A stretch of DNA of 49,279 bases, counting the filler, from Sphacelaria rigidula (lineage: Eukaryota): the NCBI GenBank assembly GCA_964200075.2. It is 3 parts of 3 records of this genome, joined end to end, with 100 filler letters (N's around TTAATTAATTAA, not from the genome) between each part and the next. Parts side by side here need not be neighbours in the genome. Positions count along the whole stretch, not along the records: positions 16,463 to 32,821 come from CAXNAA020001385.1; 2 more parts are not named here. One strand, 5' to 3'. The stretch's first letter is position 1. Each line of letters opens with the position of its first letter. The position numbers and the translations under genes were made by a program. A model generated the notes under the pieces. The model was not told where the DNA came from. It did no database searches and saw only the letters and a list, made by a program, of their open reading frames with translations. Of the stretch, positions 21,018-30,783 are shown piece after piece.

Positions 21018-24000
21018 CGCACTCACTTGTTGCTTGCCTCGGTCGTTTGATCATTAACCGTGCATCCCTTTCGAGACGAAGCACCGTTCCTACTCCTGAT
21101 AGTGCCACCTTCAATATCCCGGCGCTCATCACGTCGCCTCCAGACACCACACGAAACCTTCTTCGTACCTCATCCCCGTCCTGTTTCGCCGTCTGTGGCC
21201 ACCATCTATCTCCTGGATGGCCATCGTTCCCTCCCTACCGTTTGATGCATCGAACGATTTCATGCCACCTTCGTCCACGTCCCGCATTTCCCCCTCTAGC
21301 ACGTCCCGTTTCTCCCTGTATGGTTCACATTTGCACACCTCTCGTGGTTGTCAGTTTTGAAGCCCTTGAATCGGTTTTGGATGTTGCAGTATTGGGCCAC
21401 GCCCACGAATTGCACGGCCCTTGAGCCCTTTCGCTGCCGCCGCCGGGCCCCATTTGTATTAGCCACCCCCGATACTTGGAAGCTAGACGCGCTGGATCGA
21501 GCAAACCCATGACTGGCAAATTCATTCCCGTCACTGGTCGTGATATGTCGACGTTACTCGGGCGCCACAGAGGAGACGTGCAAGGACGACTTCACCTGCC
21601 CTGACGGCTACCTCAATCGCGGTGACAAGAAGTGCCACGGAAAGTGCGATCAGGGCGAATGTTGCGAGGAAGGTGATTACCTCTAACAGCAATGCTGCAT
21701 GCATCTACCTGCGGTTGGTTGTAGTCTAAATTACTCGTTTTGGATACGGTAAAAGTCGGCTGGGATATCGTATATGGTCGTGAACGCCCTGCTCCGGAGA
21801 AAGAAGCGCGTGTATTGAGGGTGTGACGGCGTTCCAGCAAGATGAGATCTAGTAATTACCTAGTCATCATTTGTCGGCGCGCCTGTATAGTCAAGCTAGT
21901 AGAACTGAAACAAGCTTGGGCGGGACAGCGCGGGTTCGATTCCCGGCTAATGCATTCGGGATTTTCTTCGAAAAGTAAATGATCCCAGCGGTTGAAGATG
22001 TGAGAAAGCGAGTTGTTGTCAAGAACATTTGACGAGAGTCGCCGCCGTGCGGCAGTGTTGAATCAAGCCGCGATGCCACGGTCTAAAGCGAGTGCCGGAG
22101 GAGTAATGGACACATCTTCACACCACGGATTCGTCACGAGGCAGGACAGAGGTTAAAAATATGGAAAGAAGAACAACTACAGTACATAACATTAGTGTAG
22201 TTTATAATGATGCTCGTCCACCTTACCTCGAAGCGGCCCGCCACACTTCATCGAGAAAGTGCGTCAGCGCTGCTCAATCGTGATGCCGACACGCATGCAT
22301 TGGTTGTCGTGTCCGTGGCAGAAGTGAAGACATGCAAGAACGACTTTGTCTGCCCTAGCGGTTTCCTGAACCTCGGTGACAAGAAGTGCAGCGGCAAGTG
22401 CGACCAGTACGAATGTTGCGAGAAGGGTGAGTGGAGAGAGCAATACCCCCAATCAGCCGTTGTTACTGTGGCACTGATACGTTTGAAGGGTCATATGGTT
22501 CATTCTAAGGGACTTTAGTGTAGTAACGTTTACGGCACAGTAGAGTCTTGCGGTTGACAAAGCGGCGCGGTAGAATAAAAAGACATGACGAGATGAACCT
22601 AATTAGTATATCCGGACAACGCGGAGAGTAGCAGTCCATATCTCACCATTGTAGAATGTGGCATAGCACGTCGTTGCTGTTTGAATGCGAGGGCGACGCT
22701 CGTTCGTTGGTTACCGTGCCCGTGGCAGAGGTGAAGACGTGCAAGGACGATTTCACGTGCCCCCACGGCTTCCTCAACCTCGGTGACAAGAAGTGCCGCG
22801 ACAAGTGCGACCAGGGGGAATGTTGCGAGAAGGGTGAGTGTCTGAAAGGAGCAGTGCCTGCAGCTGTAGTGTTCAATCGCGTTGGATACGGTCCAGGAGT
22901 TTGACTGGTATTTCGAATGCTTTGTCATTCTTTCAGGCGTGCATGGAGCACAGCGCCCATGGTGAGACATGATAACTCTTTTTTTGCCGTTCTGGTTCCT
23001 AGCCGGACACCGAATCAACATTTTGTGTTTTTACTGGAGACACCCCGCATGGTTTCTAAAGAGTGCTATTTCGACGGTGTACTGTCACGCATCGTAGGTC
23101 ACGTGTTTGTGACCATAGCCAGCTAGCACGTTGGCCGTCACAATGCAGCACAGCACGTCGATCTCGTCTTGGTGCACAATAACTATCGATGGAAGAAGTG
23201 TATGCATACTTTCCGGAACACTCGTGTTGATACACCGCAAGACGAACCAGTTACCGCAAAGCGTTGAGAAAGCACGGAAGTTGCTCGAACGCGATAACGA
23301 CGCTCCTTCTTTCGCTGCCGTGTCCGTCGCAGAGGTGAAGACGTGCAAGGACGACTTCACCTGCCCCAGCGGCTTCCTCAACCTCGGTGACAAGAAGTGC
23401 CGCGGCAAGTGCGACCAGGGGGAATGTTGCGAGAAGGGTGAGTGTCTGGAGAAAGCAATACCCCCGATCTGCCGTTGTTGACACTGATACATTCATCTAA
23501 GTAGTTGACTTGACATACTGGCTACATGTCAGAATGTTTTCGTGAGATTGAGAGTAGAGGACACGATTGAGAGGGGTTTTGATCATCCGCTTTAACTCGG
23601 CCATTTTTCTATTCCGCGTGCGCTTTCTTTGCCTCCATCACTGGCGTGTGCTTACAGCTGCATGTCGATATCCTACACGGGATATCGAGGGCCTCAGTGG
23701 CAAGGTACAACATAATCATATCGGGCCTCGTGGAAAATGACATTTCGGAACTGGAACGGTTCATTCACTAATTGAACGCTTTTCACTCTCAATCGTATCC
23801 TCTACTCTCCATCTCACGAAAGCATTGTCATGTCTCGTTTTGTGACGTCAGTGTGACAAAATCTACGGCACCGTAGAGCTCGGTACAGCGCTTGTAGGTC
23901 TTGCATTTGACGATACCGCGTCGTAGAGTACATGACATGAGATGAACCTGGTTAGCGTATCGGTACACCTCGAAGGGAAAGTGATCAACATCATATCCTT

Positions 24001-27000
24001 GAAGGTGTTGCATAGCACGTCATCGCTGCTCGAGTGCGACGGTGACACTCGTTCGTTGGTTAACGTGCTCGTGGCAGAGGTGAAGACGTGCAAGGACGAT
24101 TTCATGTGCCCTCGCGGCTTCCTGAACCGCGGTAACAAGGAGTGCCGCGGCAAGTGCGACCAGTACGAATGTTGCGAGAAGGGTGAGTGCGTGAAGGTTG
24201 CAACTCTAGAAATTCCTCTGTTCATGGGTGTCCCATCCTTCACAGCTCGAGGACGGTTCTAAACTTTGATTCTCGAAACCTCAGCGACGAACCAATCTCC
24301 ACTGCGAGGCCGTGCTGGCTTTGGTCTGCAACGGAAGTCAGAGTATCATCAGAGTGCGTAGGTCTCCACCTTGGCATCGATGTCAATCACCCAAGAATAT
24401 TTCAACGCATGGTGTCACAGTGGAGGTGAAAAGACACTTCCTGGGTGTTTCCCTCAGAAGCAGAAGCACAGTCTGTGAAGCTTTCTCCCGGTTGGCCCCT
24501 TCTTCGATAGCGTACCGTTCTTGCTTGACGCGACGGCGACATTCGTGTTTTACCTTTCGCGTCTTTCGCAGAGGTGAAGATATGCAAGGACGACTATACG
24601 TGCCCCAGCGGCTTCCTGAACCGCGGTAACAAGGAGTGCCGCGACGAGTGTGACAAGCGCGAATGTTGCGAAAAAGGTGAGCGTACGAAGAAACCAGTAC
24701 CTGAAGTCTTGCCAGGGTTCCATTTTGGAAAAGCTCGATACACACTGCGGGTTCTGTAGGTCGTGAAATGACGATCACTATGTGTATGCAACCATCGCAT
24801 ATCGTTGGAAGTTATGCCCGGTATGTTTTTGTCGCTCAAATACGACAGCAACCCTCCTCCATCCTCTGCCGTGTTCTTCTCAGAGGCGAAGACATGCAAG
24901 GACGACTTCGTCTGCCCCCGTGGCTACCTGAACCGCGGTGATGACAAGTGCCGCTGCAAGTGCGACCAGCGAGAGTGTTGCGAGAAGGGTAAGTATCTGG
25001 AGGGTGTTAGCTAGTCGACGCTCGCTTTCAACACGACAGATGGGGTTCGCTGACACACTGATGGCACGATTGGCTCCTGTTTATGCATGGTTTGGCGACC
25101 CTTGCGGCCCAGTCCGCTCGGTGAAACGTGCAGGCGTGACGTGTGAAAGCACGTTGTAAAGAACGTACCATGAGATGGACCGGATGAGCGTATCGCGGTA
25201 CCGCAGAGCGGACAAATCAATATTGTATCCCTGTGCTGCACATCGCGTCAGTATTGCTCGAACGTGATGACGACACGTATTACTTCGGCTGCCGTGTCCG
25301 TCGAAGAGGTCAAGACGTGCAAGGACGACTACACCTGTCCCAGCGGCTTCCTGAACCGCGGATACAAGGAGTGCCGCGGCAAGTGCGACAAGCGCGAATG
25401 CTGCGAGAAAGGTGAGACGCCTGAAGGAAGCAGTACCTCCAATCGGTCGTTGTCGGCACTGATGCGTTCGAAGTACCCGACTGACATACCGGTTACCTTG
25501 CTTTGTGAGGTTACCTTGCTTTGTGAAGTGAGAATGACGACGTTTAAGGCACCGTACAACACGGTACAACGTGCAGATCTTGCATTTGACAAAACTTCGT
25601 GGTAGTGTAAATGAGATGAGATGAATGTGATTGGTGTTTCGGCACACCGTGAAAAGGGAAATCAAGGTAATGTCATTGGCAAGTGTTGCATAGCACGTGA
25701 TTTTCACTCGAGTGCGACGACGGCACTTGTTCGTTGGCTGCCGTGTCCGTCGCAGAGGTGAAGACGTGCAAGGACGATTTCGTCTGCCCCCGCGGATTCC
25801 TGAACCGCGGCGAGAAGGAGTGCCGCGGCAAGTGCGACCAGCGCGAATGTTGCGAGAAGGGTGAGTGTTGAAAGGTCGCAGCATCTGCAGTCACGATTAA
25901 TGTTTTGTTCGAGCGCGTTCGAAGAAGTTGGCTGGAATATTGGTGGTATCGCTTGCTGTCGTGAATATGGCATAGCGACTCGTACATTTCAGTGCAAGCA
26001 CATCGCCCAACCTCGGAACCCATCCACTGAACTTGAAGCGAAATGATCCACGAGTGGAGACGGGACTCGACGATATACTTGTCTTTCAAGTAAAGTCGGT
26101 TGTGGGGTGCACATCACATCTCCGCAACGAGGGTGACTGTACGATGCCATAGCTGGGATCGTTATAGAAATAGAACGAGGAAAATAATGAGAAAATGGTA
26201 AATGTGAATGCGGATGTTTAGGGAGAATTCGCCCAATTTCAAGGAATTTCACCTTCTAGAACGCTTCATCGGACGAAAGGTCCGGGGGAGTCATGTGCCC
26301 TTCTGGGACCCCCAATCGGCGAAGAAGGCGGAAAAAACATGACAAAATACTGTTCTCAGGAACTTTCGTAATGCCCCGTAGCACACGTGGGTGGTCAAAG
26401 TTTCGGAGTCTAAACATCTGCGGATGAAGGAATCTTTGGTTCCTCCATATGAAGGCGACATTGAAACAATATGTATTTCACTCCCACTAAGCATGTTCCT
26501 TCGTAGTATGGTGTACTATTATTCGAGCGCCAAAACGACGTCCATTCATCACCTGCCGTGTCCGTCGCAGAGGTGAAGACATGCAAGGATGACTTCACCT
26601 GCCCAAGCGGATTCCTGAACCTCGGTAACAAGGAGTGCAGTGGCAAGTGCGATAAGCGCGAATGCTGCGAGAAGGGTAAGTGCCTAGAGAAGGCTACTCC
26701 TCCAGCCAGCCGTTGTTGGCACTGATGCATTCGATTGCGCAGCAAGCTCAGAACAAACTTCAGGTTCTACAGTTTGAAATGGCGGGTCATCCTGTGTATG
26801 TATTTGTCCTGAGTGCTCCTGCTGGTACACTAAAGCACGAGCTACCGCACATCAATGAGAACGTGTCAGTGTGCATAACAACTGGTACTCACCAGAAGCA
26901 AACGACTCGCCGTCGGCGGCATCGTGAGAGTTGGTGTCGAAACAACGCAATCAACGATTGCTGAGTCGGAAACATTGTCAGCTTGAACATTCTCACATTG

Positions 27001-27595
27001 GGCGTACTTGTGGTTCCGTCTGGTTGTGGCAGAGGACGAGAAGTGCCGCGACTACCGTTGTCCCAAGGGGTGGAAGTCTGTCGGCGGCGATGTCACATGC
27101 GACGGTGACTGCGACAAGCGCGACTGCTGCAAGAAGAGGAGGGGTGGCAGGAGAAGGAGGGGTGGCAAGGAGAGCAAGGGCCGCAAGAAGAGCAAGGACG
27201 GCAAGAAGAACAAGGACAACAAGAAGAGCGATGACTGTAAGTCTGGCTCTTTTCTGCATGGGGCGTTCTGATTGTTTGCCGCGGCCAATAAAAGCATTTG
27301 TTGATTGAGCTGCCGCCTGGTGTGCGGCTTCTCTCGCACGGGATGACTGGTGCGGACGACTGAAGCAAAACAGAAAATGACGCAAGTCCGCTGTCGGTCT
27401 TCATTGCTCGAGTATTGTTCGTCACGAATCTGCAAAATTAATGTCGATTTTCCCACCGAATCTCCCCGTGGACATGTCCCCATGATTGCCAGTCAGTAAC
27501 TTTTCCCATTGAGTATGCCTCACTCACACAACAAACGCTCCACACGCTTTCGTTCTCTATCCTCTCGTCCCATCATGATATGCCACAAACCAGGA
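20281..27595 (+). CDS. Multi-exon gene for a Cys-rich tandem-repeat protein (12 six-Cys repeats, one per exon) with basic C-terminal tail; 5' end not identified
   Basis: Exons 20281-20386, 21571-21672, 22322-22426, 22729-22833, 23333-23437, 24078-24182, 24572-24676, 24884-24988, 25307-25411, 25756-25860, 26571-26675, 27033-27236, 27594-27595. All have AG/GT boundaries and join into one stop-free frame of 452 aa with 73 Cys. Confidence 0.88.
20513..20652 (+). mobile_element. tRNA-derived SINE fragment (intronic)
   Basis: A-box-like tggctcggttgg and B-box-like gtttgaat; homologous to 36543-36793. Confidence 0.65.
21571..21672 (+). CDS. Cys-repeat exon R1 (102 nt)
   Basis: cacag|AG...G|gtgatt: EETCKDDFTCPDGYLNRGDKKCHGKCDQGECCEE. 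Confidence 0.88.
21878..21970 (+). mobile_element. tRNA(Gly)-derived SINE head or tRNA relic in intron
   Basis: cgggttcgattcccggctaatgca (21931-21954) closely resembles the T-arm and acceptor 3' strand of eukaryotic tRNA-Gly. The 5' half is degenerate. Confidence 0.5.
22322..22426 (+). CDS. Cys-repeat exon R2 (105 nt)
   Basis: gcag|AA...G|gtgagt: EVKTCKNDFVCPSGFLNLGDKKCSGKCDQYECCEK. Confidence 0.9.
22729..22833 (+). CDS. Cys-repeat exon R3 (105 nt)
   Basis: EVKTCKDDFTCPHGFLNLGDKKCRDKCDQGECCEK; gcag/gtgagt. Confidence 0.9.
23333..23437 (+). CDS. Cys-repeat exon R4 (105 nt)
   Basis: EVKTCKDDFTCPSGFLNLGDKKCRGKCDQGECCEK; gcag/gtgagt. Confidence 0.9.
23531..23828. mobile_element. Intronic MITE with ~43-bp TIRs and apparent 6-bp TSD
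   Basis: agaatgttttcgtgagattgagagtagaggacacgattgagag / ctctcaatcgtatcctctactctccatctcacgaaagcattgt, with CATGTC on both flanks (23525-23530, 23829-23834). Confidence 0.75.
24078..24182 (+). CDS. Cys-repeat exon R5 (105 nt)
   Basis: EVKTCKDDFMCPRGFLNRGNKECRGKCDQYECCEK; gcag/gtgagt. Confidence 0.9.
24572..24676 (+). CDS. Cys-repeat exon R6 (105 nt)
   Basis: EVKICKDDYTCPSGFLNRGNKECRDECDKRECCEK; gcag/gtgagc. Confidence 0.9.
24884..24988 (+). CDS. Cys-repeat exon R7 (105 nt, 7 Cys)
   Basis: EAKTCKDDFVCPRGYLNRGDDKCRCKCDQRECCEK; tcag/gtaagt. Confidence 0.9.
25307..25411 (+). CDS. Cys-repeat exon R8 (105 nt, AAG acceptor)
   Basis: EVKTCKDDYTCPSGFLNRGYKECRGKCDKRECCEK; gaag/gtgaga. Confidence 0.85.
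25756..25860 (+). CDS. Cys-repeat exon R9 (105 nt)
   Basis: EVKTCKDDFVCPRGFLNRGEKECRGKCDQRECCEK; gcag/gtgagt. Confidence 0.9.
26571..26675 (+). CDS. Cys-repeat exon R10 (105 nt)
   Basis: EVKTCKDDFTCPSGFLNLGNKECSGKCDKRECCEK; gcag/gtaagt. Confidence 0.9.
27033..27236 (+). CDS. Exon R11: divergent terminal Cys repeat plus Lys/Arg-rich tail (204 nt)
   Basis: gcag|AG GAC...GAC T|gtaagt: EDEKCRDYRCPKGWKSVGGDVTCDGDCDKRDCCKKRRGGRRRRGGKESKGRKKSKDGKKNKDNKKSDD. Confidence 0.85.
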
Positions 27596-30500
27596 ACGAG
27601 AGCTGGCATGGACGAATTGTCGTGAGACGTAGTTCACTGAGCACAGAGACGAAGTAGGGGGCGCAAGAATCAGCGGGGCGGCTGCATGGTACGACATGTG
27701 TGCGGTGGGTGATGCGGTGGTGCGCTGAAAGTCAACCTACACGTTCGTGTTCGGGAAGCAGCACTATCAAGACTGTGTTGTTTTGTATTAGACCTTGTGG
27801 CGTAGTGTCTGTGAACCTCGTTCACGCACCTATGGAATGATTTCGTCTCCGGGTTTAGACGGCTCAAGAGTGGCGTCTGAAACAGGTGTCAGACAAGGCA
27901 TAATCACTGTGTCAACAGCGAAGAGTGTGTTTTGATCTCGTGGCGCTGTGCAGCATTGATTGGATGCTAGTGGCAGGTAGAATAGTGCGGGTTGTGGATG
28001 TATCACGTGGTGCGGCCAAATTGGCAGCACCGCTGTCCTTGTTGCAGAAACGCAATTGCATTGTGAAAGACGTTGGCGACAGTGAGTGCGTCCGTCTCGT
28101 TTCCGTTGTTGGTCAAGCTGCTTGCGCGTGTTACGTTGACGTGCGGAGAGTGCGCTGCGTTCATGTCCAACTAGATTATATTTCCGCTTTCGTGAAAGCC
28201 TCGGTAGTGGTGAGAACCGGTGCGTGCTGACCGTCCCGAGTATCACTTGAGCTCGCTGTCCATGACTGTTCGGTAGACAAGAAGCAATCATGCGAGCGGT
28301 GTGAACGATGTTGATAGCAGTGTAAACGAATCCAGTAACAAATACGTGTCGATAGTAGTGTACATGAATCTTCACCACGGATGATTCTTGATGGGTTATG
28401 CATGCCGTATCACGAAAAGGTGGCACGTCTTGCTTATCGATGGAGGCAATGATTTGCGTGTGTACAATGGCGAGAGCATGGCATGAACCCCTGAGTGAGA
28501 GGTCGTCTTCATGGTGGAATAGATGGCGTTCGCGACGTTTGCGTAAGATTAGTGCATGTATGGCGGCAGGCTACCGTAGTCCGTAGTCATCCCGCAAGAA
28601 CATTACAGGTGACTACTGCGGGGAGGTGGGTTGGATGTGGCGAATAGCTAGCCAGCGCACGATCTTGGTACTCCCCACCTACCTGTGGAGGGATCTTGGT
28701 GATACCAGTAGAGAGTAGATTTAGGATGAGGCTGGGTGAGCGCCCGCTCTCTTTACCCTCCCGAGGGTGTGCCGTAGTGTATCATAGTTAAATGAGGCAA
28801 GTGTCGAAAGTCTACGCATGACTCCCCTAACGACGCTCAACGAACGTGCGTCCCACAACGACGTCGGACACGAGGCGGTTGTGCAGGCCATAACAAGCAG
28901 ATTGTTCTCCATTTTCAATTTTATCATCGGTGCTCTCAGAGACCAAACGTTTACGGACCATCAAAAAAGGGACATCGTGTCAGTTGTCGTATCATGGCAT
29001 CAACTCTCCACTACAGCAATTCCCAGCACTGTTGCTCCGCCGCCCGCCCCCCCCCCCACCCAGTGCGGCGTCCCTCTTGCATCACGGTGCCTCCATGCCC
29101 TTCCATGGAAGTCGGCAAAACATCCCTCGATCCTGTTGTCATATGATGACTGGAGTGGTGGAACGACATATAACTATCCAACCTTGACGAGTGCCGCAAT
29201 AGCTCCCCACCGAAAAGTGCCAATAAATACACCGACTCGAAAGCTACACGTCTTCAGAGAAGAAGACAGTCTTGTCACTCTATCAAGATTTGTCGGTTTC
29301 TGATCCGTCTCATGGCGATGATGGTGTGTTGTGGTGTAAAGAAGTGAAGGCACCTTGTGGATGTTGTAATGGTGTTCACCAAGATTGTTCCAGGTTCAGA
29401 CCTCCGTACGTTGTTTGTTTCCTCAGCTCAACAGTGCGGGCTGACCACAGTCGCTCTCGTGTTGCTTTCACACAAGCAGACAACAAGCAATTACAGACAA
29501 GAGTAGCACTGTTTTTGTTTCACACAATTGATTGTATCCGAGCTTCATCCACAGCTCAGTTATAGAACGTAATTACAACACAAACCGGAACAGGCCTAAG
29601 CTTTAATCAATAAAACACACCAGGCAAAACACCAGCCCGACTACTGCTCTTATCTCTGGGACTCACTTTCTCGCGGTTTGTACTCCAATGGGGAAACTGG
29701 GGAAGCACAAACGATCGTACACTTCCTTCATCAGTAGAACGCGACGGTGTTGAATGCTCAAGCGGGAAAAAAAAATCGCTGAGCGAAAGACACCGGAAAC
29801 CAAAATCAACATGCAGCCGTGAGGCAACATGATGCACCAGCGTGACGATGAAGGGCGGCCTATAGCATTGAAAAGGTGCCTGTATCGTCCCACAGAGCGT
29901 CAACGAATAACACACAACCGCAGGAGATAAATCCAAGGCGGGTAATCCGATGCGCTCGTGGTGAACCACGGCAAGTATACAGAAAGAGGGGCCGATGCGG
30001 TCCGCTCTTAGATACATTCCCGTTCAGGCGAAAAAATCGACAGGGTGGGCATACAAACGGGAGGATAAACTCCCGCCGAGCACATCAACGCGATAATTCG
30101 CCAGCAATAACCCTACAACAAAAACGAACCACCGTACTGATTTCCGAAGCGGCGGACCGTTTGTACAATCTCGAGACAGCGAAAAACAAAACGAATTTTT
30201 CTTTTTGTTTCGGCGGACTGGTGTAGCAGCGGAACTGAAAAGAATCCAAGAGACGAGAAATATCCCCGAACATGGGGCACCTGATACAGCGAGCAATTAC
30301 ACAGAATCTGCGACGGTACTCGAGGAGAGGGCTTGTTGGACACGCAACACATAACCCGGTCATCGAAAGCCGACGTGAGTCCAACGGTATTATGATACAA
30401 ACGGAATAGTGTTGGCCATAGTGGTCGTCCACATGCGTGTCTCTACTGTACAAGTCGAGTACTAGAGCGAACAACAATAGCATTTCGGTCATGCAGGTTA

Positions 30501-30783
30501 CGAGGTTTTTGCTAGCTCATGCAAATATGACTTACTTTTACTATTATATATGGTTACACATTTCACCATTCCATTTGGCACAGTTCGATTTTACCATCAT
30601 GTCAACCTTCTAGCATCTGCTCGCTGCTGGAATCAAACATCTTACTGTCTCACCGTAACTCTTGAAACAATCGTAAGCTCACAGCATGTGGGTAAGTCCA
30701 ACGTAGAATGACACAGGATGAACGGCACGATATGCTCGGTCACAGATCAAGGCCGATTTCTTTTCTCTCTCTCTCATTGGTGG

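Noticed and set aside
21571-26675. Regularly spaced conserved repeats resembling a CRISPR or cassette array
   Set aside because: The repeats are ~105-nt coding exons with splice sites, the spacers are 207-710 nt homologous introns, and no cas or integrase genes are present.
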